From the NCBI GenBank assembly GCA_963705305.1, contig OY970067.1:4896001-4960000 (forward strand): DNA of 64,000 nucleotides. The letters run 5' to 3'. Source of the stretch: an uncultured Methylomirabilota bacterium. GTDB lineage: Bacteria > Methylomirabilota > Methylomirabilia > Methylomirabilales > 2-02-FULL-66-22. Below the pieces are notes generated by a model. The model was not told where the DNA came from and searched no databases. It saw only the letters and a list, made by a program, of their open reading frames with translations. The stretch's first letter is position 1; each line of letters opens with the position of its first letter. Of this stretch, positions 8,323 to 18,473 are shown one piece after another. A program made the position numbers and the translations under genes.

Positions 8323-9842
8323 CCCTAATCTCCGGCTAAGAAGTTGAGGGGGATCGCGAATCACGCAGCGGCCCGCAGTGCGCGCGGCCCGCGGGGTTGG
8401 CATCGGCCTTGCTTGGTTTCACCCAGTGGGTGCAAACACCACAAGGAGGAGAGCGATGCCCGACACCTCGCCCCGGTTGCCGTTCGAGATCGATGACGCG
8501 ATCGACCCCACGCTGGTCACGGGCCGGGCCGGGGTCCCGCTCGTGATCGAGCTGTTCCGCCAGCTCGGGGTGGCCCAGGCCGTCGACACCCACGTTGCGG
8601 TCAAGCAGCGGCAGCGCGGATTACCCCCCTCGCAGCTCGTGGAGAGTCTCGTCGCGTTGTGGACGAGCGGCGGGGACCGCTGCCAGGACCTCACGACGCT
8701 CCGGGAGGATCAGGCCCTGGCCACGCTGCTCGGCTACCCCCTGCCGGCCGCGACCACGGTCCGGGACTTCCTCGAGGCCTTCCACGTGGAGGACGGGCCG
8801 CTCTGGGTGGCCGGGCCCGCGGCCACGGTCCCCCTGGAGTCCGCCCCCTTGGCGGGCCTCGGACAGGCGAACCGGACGCTGGTCGCGGGCGTCCAGCGCG
8901 GGGCCCGGGCGGCGACGGCCACCCTGGATGTGGACGCGACGCTCGTCGAGAGCCACAAGGACGCGGCGACCGTGGCCTACGACGGGACCCGGGGCTACCA
9001 GCCCGTCGTGGTCCTCTGGGCCGAGCACGATGTCATCGTGCACGACCAGTTCCGCGATGGCCAGGTGCCCGCCGGGTGCGGCAACGTGCGCGTCCTCGAA
9101 CAGGCGGTGGCCAACTTGCCCCAGGGCGTGGACCGCATCTCCCTGCGGGCCGACAGCGCCCTCTACGAGACGGAGGTCCTCCGCTGGTGCGAGGAGAAGA
9201 AAATCGCCTACGCGATTAGCGCCGATATGTCCGCGCAGCTCCAGGCCGAGATCCGGCGCCTCCCCGCGGCCGCCTGGCAGCTCGAGCGGGAGGAGCCCGA
9301 GGCGATCCGGGCCTGGGCCGAAGTCCCCTACGTCCCCGAGGATGGCGATCACCGGAAGGCGCGGCCGTGCGTTCGCCGCTACCTCGCGGTGCGTATCCAG
9401 CGACGCCAGGGGAGCCTCTTCGCCGACGGGAGTAGCGTGCAGTACTTCGCCGTGGTCACCAATCGGCCGGAGGATGGGCTCACGATCCTCCGGTGGCACC
9501 GGGAGAAAGCAGGGACCATCGAGCACACCCATCACGTCCTCAAGACCGAGCTGGCGGCCGCCGCGCTGCCCAGTGGGAAGTTCGGGGCGAACGCCGCCTG
9601 GTTCCGGCTGAACGTGCTCACCTACAACCTGCTCACCGCGCTCAAGCGGTTGACCTTACCCGGAGATCTCCGGACCGCCCGGCCGAAGCGTCTCCGGTTC
9701 CTGCTGTTCAACACCGTCGGGAAGGTCGTCGCGCATGCCCGACGGACGCTCTTGCGGCTCTCGGGCGCCCTGCAGCACGCCTTGCTCGTCCGGGCGCGGC
9801 GCAAGATCGCCCGGCTGGCCACCGCTTAGCCGGAGATTAGGG
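8323..9842 (+). mobile_element. IS1380-family insertion sequence
   Basis: Perfect 18-bp terminal inverted repeats CCCTAATCTCCGGCTAAG (8323-8340) and CTTAGCCGGAGATTAGGG (9825-9842); flanks TCCCT/GCCCT form an imperfect 5-bp target duplication. Confidence 0.9.
8456..9829 (+). CDS. IS1380-family DDE transposase
   Basis: ATG after AAGGAGGAGAG; TLDVDAT, GYQP, LRADSALY, IEHTHHVLK, LPSGKFGANAAW, LRFLLF motifs. Confidence 0.9.
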   Translation: MPDTSPRLPFEIDDAIDPTLVTGRAGVPLVIELFRQLGVAQAVDTHVAVKQRQRGLPPSQLVESLVALWTSGGDRCQDLTTLREDQALATLLGYPLPAATTVRDFLEAFHVEDGPLWVAGPAATVPLESAPLAGLGQANRTLVAGVQRGARAATATLDVDATLVESHKDAATVAYDGTRGYQPVVVLWAEHDVIVHDQFRDGQVPAGCGNVRVLEQAVANLPQGVDRISLRADSALYETEVLRWCEEKKIAYAISADMSAQLQAEIRRLPAAAWQLEREEPEAIRAWAEVPYVPEDGDHRKARPCVRRYLAVRIQRRQGSLFADGSSVQYFAVVTNRPEDGLTILRWHREKAGTIEHTHHVLKTELAAAALPSGKFGANAAWFRLNVLTYNLLTALKRLTLPGDLRTARPKRLRFLLFNTVGKVVAHARRTLLRLSGALQHALLVRARRKIARLATA

Positions 9843-10038
9843 GCCCTCGCCCCTGCTTGCATTGCCCCCGCTATCAGAGGTAGAGTGTCGCCGCTCGGAA
9901 CTGCCCTCAGGATGGACCAATCCGTGGGGGCAGGCCGGAGGAGGCGGCGAGGTTGGAGGGCCCAAGCCTCGCAACCGGGCAAGCGTCATCGGATGTACGG
10001 ACAAGTGGCCAGGGCGCAAGGCGCGAAAGGAGAAGGAA

Positions 10039-11208
10039 ATGACCCGAAGGATTGTTGGCGTCGGTATTGTTGCGGCATTGATCTCGCTCGCGCTCGCGAG
10101 CGTGAGCAGCGCGGCCGAGCCCGTCAAGATCGGCATCGTGAGCGAGCTGACAGGCTCCGGCGCAACGGCCGGCATCCGCTTTCAGCGGGGCGTGCTCATG
10201 GCGATGGACGATATCAACGCGAAGGGCGGAATGCTCGGGCGGCAGGTCGAGCAATTCAGCCTCGACACCAGGACAGAGCCGGCGGTCTCGGTCGCCGCGA
10301 TGATGAAAGCGGTGGAACAGAAGCCGTTTGTCGTCATGGGGACTGTGTACAGCGGCTCCACCATTGTCAATATGAAGGTGTTGGAACGGGCAGGCATTCC
10401 GCAAATCACGGCTTCCGGCGCACCCGAAATAACCGAGCAGGGGAATCTGAATATCTTCCGGATGGAGCTCAACAGCGCGCTCGAAATGAAGGAGACCGCC
10501 AAGTGGCTCACGGATGTCTTGAAGACCAAGAAGCTGGCGATCCTTTACAGCAGTGACGCCATGGGGAAGGGGTTGCGAGACGCACTCGTAGAGCTCCTCA
10601 AGCCCCAGGGTGTGCAGATTGTTGCGGATGTCACGAGCGAAGTTGGACAAAGCGACTTCACGGGGGAGCTGGCACGGATCAAGGCATCGGGAGCCGACAC
10701 ATTCTTTTTGTATGTGCACGAGGAGGAAACCGGCCGGGTATTTCGCCAAGCGCGGGAAATCGGCCTGAACAAGATGATGCGGTTTGTCGGATCCAGCACC
10801 CTTTTGACCGCCAACGTCTTGCGGCTGGCAGGCGATGCCGCGGACGGGGCGCTCGCGCATGTTGGCCTGACCAATACCTCCCCGGCGATCATGCCGGTAG
10901 CGGCGCGATACGAGAAGAAGTACCAGGAGCAGCCGGACCACAACTTCATGAAAGGGTATATTGGGCTGCAGATCGCGAACGCCGTCGTCGAGGAGACGAA
11001 ATCGTTTGACCAGCAGAAGTTCCGGGATTTCCTCCATAACCGGACCCTGTGCGTCAAAAAGCACCCGGGCATTCTGCTGGACGTCCATTACGACGGGAAG
11101 GGGGATTTTGACCGGGACACGTTCATCATCACCACCAAGAATGGCAAGCAGGTTCTGCAGGGGACTCTCCCCGCGCTGGAGCCGGCACTGCTCGCGGAAT
11201 GCAAATAG
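10039..11208 (+). CDS. Branched-chain amino acid-type ABC transporter substrate-binding protein (orphan)
   Basis: Signal peptide ending VSSA-AEP; VKIGIVSELTGSGA, DINAKGGMLGRQVE, DFTGELARIKASGAD. Confidence 0.9.
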   Translation: MTRRIVGVGIVAALISLALASVSSAAEPVKIGIVSELTGSGATAGIRFQRGVLMAMDDINAKGGMLGRQVEQFSLDTRTEPAVSVAAMMKAVEQKPFVVMGTVYSGSTIVNMKVLERAGIPQITASGAPEITEQGNLNIFRMELNSALEMKETAKWLTDVLKTKKLAILYSSDAMGKGLRDALVELLKPQGVQIVADVTSEVGQSDFTGELARIKASGADTFFLYVHEEETGRVFRQAREIGLNKMMRFVGSSTLLTANVLRLAGDAADGALAHVGLTNTSPAIMPVAARYEKKYQEQPDHNFMKGYIGLQIANAVVEETKSFDQQKFRDFLHNRTLCVKKHPGILLDVHYDGKGDFDRDTFIITTKNGKQVLQGTLPALEPALLAECK

Positions 11209-11510
11209 CCGCCGCGGGCCGATTCTGCTCGTGCAACCTCTCGGCTGCTGGTCCGATCTCGGGTGATCGCGCGCTGGGCCCGCACCGTGGAAACCGACTT
11301 TGTTGACGAAGGGGGAAGACCTGTGGTACCTGCGCTCTGCCGGGACGAGTGTCCAGGCGGATAGGATGCCGGGGGAGGGAATCGGACCCCCATGGGTCCC
11401 TCGGGCGGGCAATTCGGGTCATGCCTACGCGGCCGATCCACGGTTACGGGCGCTACCGCAGGGGTCAGGCCGTGCGAGGACCTCGAGGCCGCGAGAAAGA
11501 GAGGCTCAGG

Positions 11511-11652
11511 AACTCGCAACACTTCCTGACGGAATTGCTGGACTTCCGGGGCGCCGGAGGAGCCAACTCGCACCATTTCTCCCAATCTGGTGCGAGCCCG
11601 AGCCGCGGGATGCTCCTAAGTGCCGATACGCGGGCACAGAAGGTTGCGAGTT
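11511..11652. repeat. Copy 2 (fully symmetric) of the CTCGCA-core site
   Basis: AACTCGCAAC (11511), AACTCGCACCA (11565), 12 bp, TGGTGCGAG (11588), GGTTGCGAGTT (ends 11652). Confidence 0.75.
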
Positions 11653-12251
11653 TCGGAGGGATTTCGAGAGACAGGATCGTGGGGATCAAATGGCAACACC
11701 TTGTCTACCGACAGCGGGATCGGTGCAGGGTGGATCCGTGCCGCAGGTCGGCACAACCTAGTGCGAGTCCTAGCTGGTTCGCCAACCGCGACTCGCACTC
11801 CGGATGTGAGAGGCGCTTGCGTGGATACGGTTCGAGGCCCTCGCGTGATGCGCGGGGGGTGGGCCCACACATGGCAGATCGCCCACCAGGCCCAGGAACC
11901 CGGAGCGCACCGCCACCGAGCCCGCCACATTAAAATCGGCCGGCCCTAAATATTGAGATTCGGATGAGTACCGGGTCCGCCCTCGCGCTCGGCAGCTGCA
12001 GGGCGTGCCTCCGGGGAGTCTCTGTGGTTTCGTCACCTCCCGACTTCAACCGACGAACAGGGCAGAGCACCCTCGCCCCGTCGGCTCGTCCGCCCAGCCC
12101 AAGTCCCCGGCTGGTCTCCCACCGAGGCCGATCCCTGGGAGTATGCCCCCACCCGCTGACGGAACCCGGATGCCCCTGGGCGGCCCGCCGCGGTCTCTCT
12201 CCGTGCGCGGCCTCCCCTCGACCCTCCTCGGGCACGGGGCCGCCTTTCTCA

Positions 12252-12280
12252 TTGACAGGCCAGCCGGTGTTTTATACGGT
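12252..12280 (+). promoter_or_regulatory. Candidate sigma70 promoter
   Basis: TTGACA-17bp-TACGGT upstream of the sensor kinase. Confidence 0.45.
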
Positions 12281-12432
12281 GGCCTGGCACGAAGCGAGGG
12301 GCAACCCGCGGTGCCTCGCCCGACGGCCATGTGGCGCCGGGGACGCCGTGCGGCGTCGCTGGCACCTTCGGCGAGCGTCGGCACCTGGCGCACCCCCCCG
12401 AGGCGCCGCACCCTGATGGGGGAGGAATGGCG

Positions 12433-14988
12433 ATGGATCGATCGGTAGCGAACCCGGGTGAGGCTGGCAGGGGCTCCCGACTGGTCGCCCATGTGACCGA
12501 GGAGGCGTTGTACGATCGGGATCCGTCGACGGGCGAGACCTGGCGGAGTGAGGCCCACCAGAGGCTGTTCGGATCCTCGGCGGAGACGGCGGGGAACGAA
12601 TGGTGGCAGGAGAGGATCCACCCGGCGGACAGGGAGAGCGTCACCGCCAGCCTGCAGGCGGCCCTCGCGGGGACCGGCCAATCCTGGACCCGGGAGTACC
12701 GGTTCCGCCGGGCCGACGAGTCGTACGCCCGCGTCCTTGACCGCGCCTGGGTCGTGCGGGGGGACACCGGGAACCCGGTCCGGGTGATCGGGGCGATGGT
12801 GGACCTCTCGGGCCGGAAGCAGGCGGAGGACGCCCTGCGGGTTCGAGCGCACCAGCTCGACGCCATCCGCACGGTCACCGAGGAGATCACCCGGGAGCTG
12901 GATCTCACCACCATCCTGGACCTGATCCACCAACGGGCGGTGGCGTTGGTCGGCGCGGAGGGGGGGACCATCTACCTCTGGGAGGAAGCGGCCGAGTGTC
13001 TCGCCCCAGCGATTTGGCACGGGCACGGGGACTGGCTCGGTGCGGCGCGCCTGAAGCGCGGCGATGGGCTGGCCGGGGTCGTCGCAGAGCGCCGGGAGGG
13101 CCTGATCGTCAACGACTACCGGCACTCCCCGCACGCCCATCCCTTCATCCTGGAGCACAGTCAGGTCTCCGCGGTCCTCGGCGAGCCCCTCCTCTACCAG
13201 GGGCGCCTCTTGGGGGTCATCACCCTGGTCCACGAGGATCCCCGGCGCGTCTTCACGGAGCAGGATCGCGAGCTCCTGGCCCTCTTCGCCAGTCCGGCGG
13301 CCATCGCCATCGAGAACGCCCGGCTCTACACGGCGACCTCCCAGCGCCTCCGGGAGATGACGGCACTCTACGACGTGAGCCGCGCGACCACCTCCACCCT
13401 GGACCTCGACGCGCAACTGGAGGCGCTCCTCCAGCGGCTGATCCAGGCGGGCGCCCAGCGCGCGATGGTCAGCCTCGTGGAGGCGGGGGGCGGGGGGCAG
13501 CCCCACTTGCGCCTCGCGTACGACGCCTCCCGGGCCGATCCCTGGCTCCGCGACCTCGACCTGGCCCCGGACACGTACCCGGAGGTCCAAGTGGTGGGGC
13601 GGACCCGCCAGCCCCTCCTGATCCCCGATGTCCGCTCGGCACCTCTCCTGGAGGCCGTCCGGGACCGCCTGGAGGCCGTCGGCCTCCGAACGTTGGCGAT
13701 CCTCCCCTTGCTCGTCCGGGACGAGGCCATCGGCGCCATCAGTCTGGGCTTCAGGGGCCCGGGTCGGACCGTCAGCGACGCGGACCTCCGGTTCTACCAG
13801 AGCCTGGCCGACCTCGCCGCCATGGCCATCGCCAACTCGCGGCTGTTCGCCCAGGCGTCCCGCGCGCAGGCGGACTGGGAGAACACCTTCAATTCCCTCA
13901 GCGAGCTGGTGGCAGTCATCGACGCCGACCGCCGCCTGCTCCGGGTCAACCGGGCCCTGGCGGATCGGCTCCAGACGGCCCCCGCGGCCCTGGTGGGGCA
14001 GCACTGTTACACCGCCCTCCATGGGACCGATTGCCCGTGGCCGCAGTGCCCCCATGCCGACACCCTTGCCACGGGACAGCATTCGACCAGGGACGTCGAG
14101 GACCCGCATCTCGGCGGGATTTTCCACGTGACCACCTCGCCCCTGCGCGATGCCGAGGGCCGGGCCCTGGGCGCCGTGCACATCGCCCGGGACATCACGG
14201 AGGAGCGGCGGCTCGAGGGGGAATCCCGGCAACGCCAGCGGTTCGAGGATCTCAGCCGGGCCAAGTCGGCCTTCATCGCGAGCATGTCCCACGAGCTCCG
14301 GTCGCCGCTGAACGCCATCCTCGGCTTCGCCGACCTGTTGCTCGAGCAGGCGCCGGACCCGCTCTCCGAGAAGCAGGCGCGCCACCTCGGCCACATCCGC
14401 AAAGCCGGCCAGCACCTCCTCCAGCTCATCAGTGACATCCTGGACCTCGCCAGGGTGGAGGCGGGGAAAATCGAGCTCCACCGGGAGCCCCTGCCGGTGG
14501 CCGCCACCGTGGAGGACATCCTGGCGATTGCCCGGGGGCAGGCGAACAAGAAGGCCCAGAGTCTCCTGATGGAGATCGCCCCGGACCTCCCCTTGCTCTC
14601 GGCGGATCCCGTGCGCTTCAAGCAGATCTGCTTCAACCTCCTCAGCAACGCCGTGAAGTTCACCCCGGAGCACGGCAGGATCACGCTCACGGCGCAGCGT
14701 GCGCCCACGGATCCGGCGCTCCTGGAGATCCGCGTGACGGACACCGGGGCCGGCATCCGGCCGGAGGATCTGCCGCGCCTGTTCACAGAGTTCACCCAGC
14801 TCGAGACCACCCGCGAGCAGCACCGCGAGGGCACCGGCCTGGGCCTCACCCTGACGAAGCAGCTCGTCGAGCTGCACGGCGGCCGGATCTGGGCGGAATC
14901 CGACGGCGCGGGCCGGGGGAGCACCTTCGCGGTCCTCCTGCCATTGGGCGGACCGCCGGAGGGCCCAGCCGGATCCCCGTCCTCCTGA
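12433..14988 (+). CDS. Cytoplasmic PAS-GAF-GAF-PAS sensor histidine kinase
   Basis: PAS (WQERIHPADRE), two GAF domains, H-box FIASMSHELRSPLNAILGF, NLLSNAVKFT, DTGAGI, GTGLGL; RBS GGAGG. Confidence 0.93.
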   Translation: MDRSVANPGEAGRGSRLVAHVTEEALYDRDPSTGETWRSEAHQRLFGSSAETAGNEWWQERIHPADRESVTASLQAALAGTGQSWTREYRFRRADESYARVLDRAWVVRGDTGNPVRVIGAMVDLSGRKQAEDALRVRAHQLDAIRTVTEEITRELDLTTILDLIHQRAVALVGAEGGTIYLWEEAAECLAPAIWHGHGDWLGAARLKRGDGLAGVVAERREGLIVNDYRHSPHAHPFILEHSQVSAVLGEPLLYQGRLLGVITLVHEDPRRVFTEQDRELLALFASPAAIAIENARLYTATSQRLREMTALYDVSRATTSTLDLDAQLEALLQRLIQAGAQRAMVSLVEAGGGGQPHLRLAYDASRADPWLRDLDLAPDTYPEVQVVGRTRQPLLIPDVRSAPLLEAVRDRLEAVGLRTLAILPLLVRDEAIGAISLGFRGPGRTVSDADLRFYQSLADLAAMAIANSRLFAQASRAQADWENTFNSLSELVAVIDADRRLLRVNRALADRLQTAPAALVGQHCYTALHGTDCPWPQCPHADTLATGQHSTRDVEDPHLGGIFHVTTSPLRDAEGRALGAVHIARDITEERRLEGESRQRQRFEDLSRAKSAFIASMSHELRSPLNAILGFADLLLEQAPDPLSEKQARHLGHIRKAGQHLLQLISDILDLARVEAGKIELHREPLPVAATVEDILAIARGQANKKAQSLLMEIAPDLPLLSADPVRFKQICFNLLSNAVKFTPEHGRITLTAQRAPTDPALLEIRVTDTGAGIRPEDLPRLFTEFTQLETTREQHREGTGLGLTLTKQLVELHGGRIWAESDGAGRGSTFAVLLPLGGPPEGPAGSPSS

Positions 14989-15102
14989 GACGCGTGGGCT
15001 CCATTCTGACCGGGGCTTGCCTCCGCTCGAGGCTGCGCCGAGTACGAAGGGGGCGTTTCGGGTCTCCGTTGGCTCACCACTGTGGTTCCAAGGCATCCGC
15101 CG

Positions 15103-15327
15103 TTAAAGGGGACGTTGCATTATCTGTCATATCTTGCCTTCCCCGGACCACTTCTCCCGAGGAGGGGAAGGACTCGGATGGCGCGCACAGCCGGGTCTAG
15201 CCCACCATGCCTGCATCCTGCGGACTACCCACCCCCCCTCCCTTGCCCTAACCCGCGGGCTTCCCCTATTGCTCCCGCTGGCCAGAAACGCAGAAGATTA
15301 TACAAATAATGCTACGTCCCGTATTTC
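15103..15327 (+). repeat. ~225-bp IR-bounded miniature element, copy A
   Basis: Near-identical to 23449-23672; ends GGGACGTTGCATTAT ... ATAATGCTACGTCCC are inverted repeats. Confidence 0.85.
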
Positions 15328-15434
15328 AGAAACGGCAGGGTCCCCCTTCACGATGCGAGCACGAGGGCCTACCCCGCGAACGAAGCCGCGCTAGTGAATG
15401 TGCAGCCAACCTCCGCGCTGCCGAGTAGCTGGCC

Positions 15435-16991
15435 CTACTCTTCTTTCCAAGTATCCTTGGTGCAGTACACCAATTCCAGCGGCGAGTTGACGACGTTGTG
15501 AACCTTCAGCGACATGCCCACGGTCTCTTTGGTCGCCAGGAGGTAGATGGCCATGGGATCTTGGGCCAGGATCTCCTGGGCCTTTTGCATGTAGGCGTCT
15601 CGCTCCTTCACGTTCCGCGAGGCCACAGCCTTGTCAACCGTCTCGTCGAGCGCCTTGTTGCAGTAGTACCCCGCATTGTTGCCGGTAGGGCCCCACTGCG
15701 TGCAGTTGCTGAGGCCGAAGATCACCCAGCGGGCCTCGCCGGTGGAGGCGGCGAACCCCAAGAGCCACATCTCTTGCTTCGCCTCCTCCTTCGGCTTCCG
15801 AAGTGTGGAGAGGTAAGTCCCCCAGTCGAAGGTCTCCAGCTTGGCGTCGATCCCGACGTCCCGGAGCTGCTGCTGGATCGCCTGGGCGAGCTCATAGTCC
15901 TTCAAGTAGCGCCCCTTGGGGGTCCAGAGCGTGGTCTTGAAGCCGTTGGGGTAGCCGGCCTCGGCCAAGAGCCGCTTGGCCTTGGTTGGATCATAGCCGT
16001 ACCCCTTCACCGGCGCATACCCGACGTTGAGGGGGCCAACCACGGTCGGGACCACCGCGGCTCGATCCTGGTAGATGTTCTTCACGATGGAGTTCTTATC
16101 CACCGCGTAGTTCAAGGCCTGCCGCACGCGGACGTTGTCGAATGGCTTCTTGGTGACGTTGAATCCGATGTAAAGGACGCGGTTGCTCTGTTCCGCATAG
16201 ACCCGGACCTTCCCCTCACGCATGAGCTGTGGTACCTCTTCCGGCGGGATGCGGACGATCAAGTCGTAGTCCCCCGCCTCCAGGCCCAGCACCCGGGCGG
16301 AGTCCTCGCGGACCGTCTTCACGATGATTTTATCCAGGTACGGCTTTCCTGCGTAGTAGTCGTCGTTTCGCACCAGGGTGACGTGATCGCCGCGCACCCA
16401 CTCCACGAACTTGAAGGGGCCGGTCCCCACCGGATGCAGGGTCAGGTCCTTCCCCCACTTCTTGTGGGCCGTGGGGCTGACGATACCCGAGGCGCTGTGG
16501 GCCAGGTTGTTCAGGAAGAAGGCGAAGGGGACCTTGAGGTGAAAGCGCACCGTGTACTCGCCCACCACCTCCACCGACTTGATGATGGGAGCATGCAGGC
16601 CCGACTTCAGAGGCCTGTCTGGTCCGAGGAATCGATCGAAGGTGTACTTCACTGCCTCCGCGTCCAGGGGCGTGCCGTCGTGGAAGGTCACGCCCTTGCG
16701 CAGGGTGAAAGTCCAGGTGAGCCCGTCCGCGGACTGGCGCCACTGCGTGGCCAGGTCGGGCACGATGTGCATTTGAGGGTCGAATTTCACTAGGTAGTTG
16801 TAGAGCATGTGGCCGACGGCCTCACCGGTGTTGCTGTCGGTGTTGGCCGGATCCAGGTTGTCGGGGTCCGCTCCGGCAGCGTAGATCAGCGTGCCGCCGC
16901 TCTGCGGCTGCGTCGCCGTCCAGGCACCGGGTGCCAGGGCAAGTACCGCGATCAAGAGCACCGACCAGAAACTCCATCCTCTTTGTGGCAT
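15435..16991 (-). CDS. Peptide/glutathione-type (family 5) ABC substrate-binding protein, orphan paralog
   Basis: PDLATQW...WTFTLRKGVTFHDGTPLDAEAVKYTFDR, PVGTGPFKFVEW, VRQALNYAVD; closely similar to 45676-47232. Confidence 0.92.
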   Translation of the reverse strand: MPQRGWSFWSVLLIAVLALAPGAWTATQPQSGGTLIYAAGADPDNLDPANTDSNTGEAVGHMLYNYLVKFDPQMHIVPDLATQWRQSADGLTWTFTLRKGVTFHDGTPLDAEAVKYTFDRFLGPDRPLKSGLHAPIIKSVEVVGEYTVRFHLKVPFAFFLNNLAHSASGIVSPTAHKKWGKDLTLHPVGTGPFKFVEWVRGDHVTLVRNDDYYAGKPYLDKIIVKTVREDSARVLGLEAGDYDLIVRIPPEEVPQLMREGKVRVYAEQSNRVLYIGFNVTKKPFDNVRVRQALNYAVDKNSIVKNIYQDRAAVVPTVVGPLNVGYAPVKGYGYDPTKAKRLLAEAGYPNGFKTTLWTPKGRYLKDYELAQAIQQQLRDVGIDAKLETFDWGTYLSTLRKPKEEAKQEMWLLGFAASTGEARWVIFGLSNCTQWGPTGNNAGYYCNKALDETVDKAVASRNVKERDAYMQKAQEILAQDPMAIYLLATKETVGMSLKVHNVVNSPLELVYCTKDTWKEE

Positions 16992-17287
16992 CACAAGACC
17001 CTCCTAACCTGTAAGTCTGGACGTAGCGCACTTATCGCACTTGTTCGAAGCTGGCTCGGGTCCCCCGACTATTCGCCCGAACAAAAGACGCCGATCCTCA
17101 TTCGAGAACCGGCGTTTCGATGCGCGTTGGCTCCCTCCACGAGAACGGGGACCGATGATCGGGGTCCGGAGAACAGGGCGCATGTGGACGCGTCCGATCT
17201 TCAGGCCCTTCCGCTTTCCGAGGGGGATTGTCGATTGTGGGTGGGTTATATCAAATGGCTGAGGGCAAAGCAAGCAAGGAGCAAGGA

Positions 17288-17437
17288 CCCAAATCTCCGG
17301 CTAACCTGTGCATCGCCTCTACGGGGCGCCACCCGTCGGGTGCGACCAGGTCCGAGGCGGGCAGCCGGCCCCGCAGCCATGAATGCGGGCGCGACTCATG
17401 TGCGCTACCGGCCTGCGACGTTAGCCGGAGATTAAGG
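17288..17437. mobile_element. 150-bp MITE with IS1380-like ends
   Basis: Terminal repeats CCCAAATCTCCGGCTAAC and GTTAGCCGGAGATTAAGG; perfect 5-bp target duplication AAGGA (17283-17287, 17438-17442). Confidence 0.88.
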
Positions 17438-17702
17438 AAGGAGGTCTGGCGGAACGTGGAACAAGGGCGAGGGGGTCAGCAACGGCACGAGGCGCAGGAG
17501 ATAGTGCCTCCTCGCTGGCAGACCTCTTTCCTCGGAGTTCACCTGAGCGGGCATGCATTTTGTTCAACTGGCCGCCCGTCCCTCCGCCGAGGTAGGCCCC
17601 GCGCCTCCCGCCCGCCGCCTCGTTTTGGTCCAGGACCGGGGAGACGGCAGCCGAGCAGACAGCAGCGCAGCCATCCCGACTGACGCCGGGAGTGCGGCCG
17701 GC

Positions 17703-18473
17703 TCAGCCTGGGACCGGGATCCGCCAGCCTGAGAAGCCATAGTCGGAGTTGTCCGGATCGAAGTCTCGACCCGGGAGGCCCGGATTGAGGCGCAAATGGG
17801 AGTAGGTGTAGTCCTCGACGAGTCGATCGTCCCAATCGTACACCACCACCCGAATGGGAAGGCCGCTCTCCTCGTCGAATGAAAGGAGGACTCGGTAGGC
17901 GTAATAGCCTGCCCCCGCGTCTCGGGGCAGGATGCTTTCAATCGTGCGGACCGGGCGTCCGGCCACCTCCCCCGGACCGCGATCCACCACCTGCAGGACG
18001 CCGCTCCGGGCCGCCCGCCGGGCGTTGTCCCCTACGATCTCCAGCAACCGTCCAATGCCGACATCGGTCACCGGGTGCCTGCTCTTCTCCATGACCCGGC
18101 GGTCCCCCGGATCCAGGGCGGCGGTGAAGAGGCGCCGCAGCACCCCCCGCGGCTCGTACACGAGAAATCTCCCGTCGTAGGCGCCATTGACGTAGAGACC
18201 TTCCCGACCCTTTCCGGGGCCTTCGAGCCATTTCATGTACACTTTGAACGGACGCTGGAATTTCAAGAGGATTCTCTGTTCGGGAAGAAGGATACCCTGC
18301 ACGCGGTCCCGGCTGATCATAATGGACGTGTAGTCGTAGACCCCGGCGTAGGATCGCTCGGCTCGTTCCAGTAGCCGCACAAGCTCGGCGGGGCCGGCCG
18401 CCAGGATCGAGCCGGGCGCGCCGAGGATCAGCCCACACACCAACAGCAAGATGGTCTTCCACATCCGATACAT
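17703..18473 (-). CDS. Exported DUF1571-like protein
   Basis: Signal peptide; FQRPFKVYMKWLEGPGKGREGLYVNG, SRHPVTDVGIGRL, EDYTYSHLRLNPGL...DFDPDNSDY. Confidence 0.75.
   Translation of the reverse strand: MYRMWKTILLLVCGLILGAPGSILAAGPAELVRLLERAERSYAGVYDYTSIMISRDRVQGILLPEQRILLKFQRPFKVYMKWLEGPGKGREGLYVNGAYDGRFLVYEPRGVLRRLFTAALDPGDRRVMEKSRHPVTDVGIGRLLEIVGDNARRAARSGVLQVVDRGPGEVAGRPVRTIESILPRDAGAGYYAYRVLLSFDEESGLPIRVVVYDWDDRLVEDYTYSHLRLNPGLPGRDFDPDNSDYGFSGWRIPVPG

Noticed and set aside
9870..10030. Possible lysine or other riboswitch upstream of the amino-acid binding protein (AGAGGTAGAG start, hairpins)
   Set aside because: Downstream consensus elements were not found, and part of the hairpin is explained by an IS3-like end. 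An Rfam scan would settle it.
12046..15096. Long antisense ORFs (e.g. 1016 aa here; also 1640-3403, 9907-11412, 19645-21567, 45739-47478, 60615-62351)
   Set aside because: Shadow frames of real genes in high-GC DNA; no recognisable motifs.
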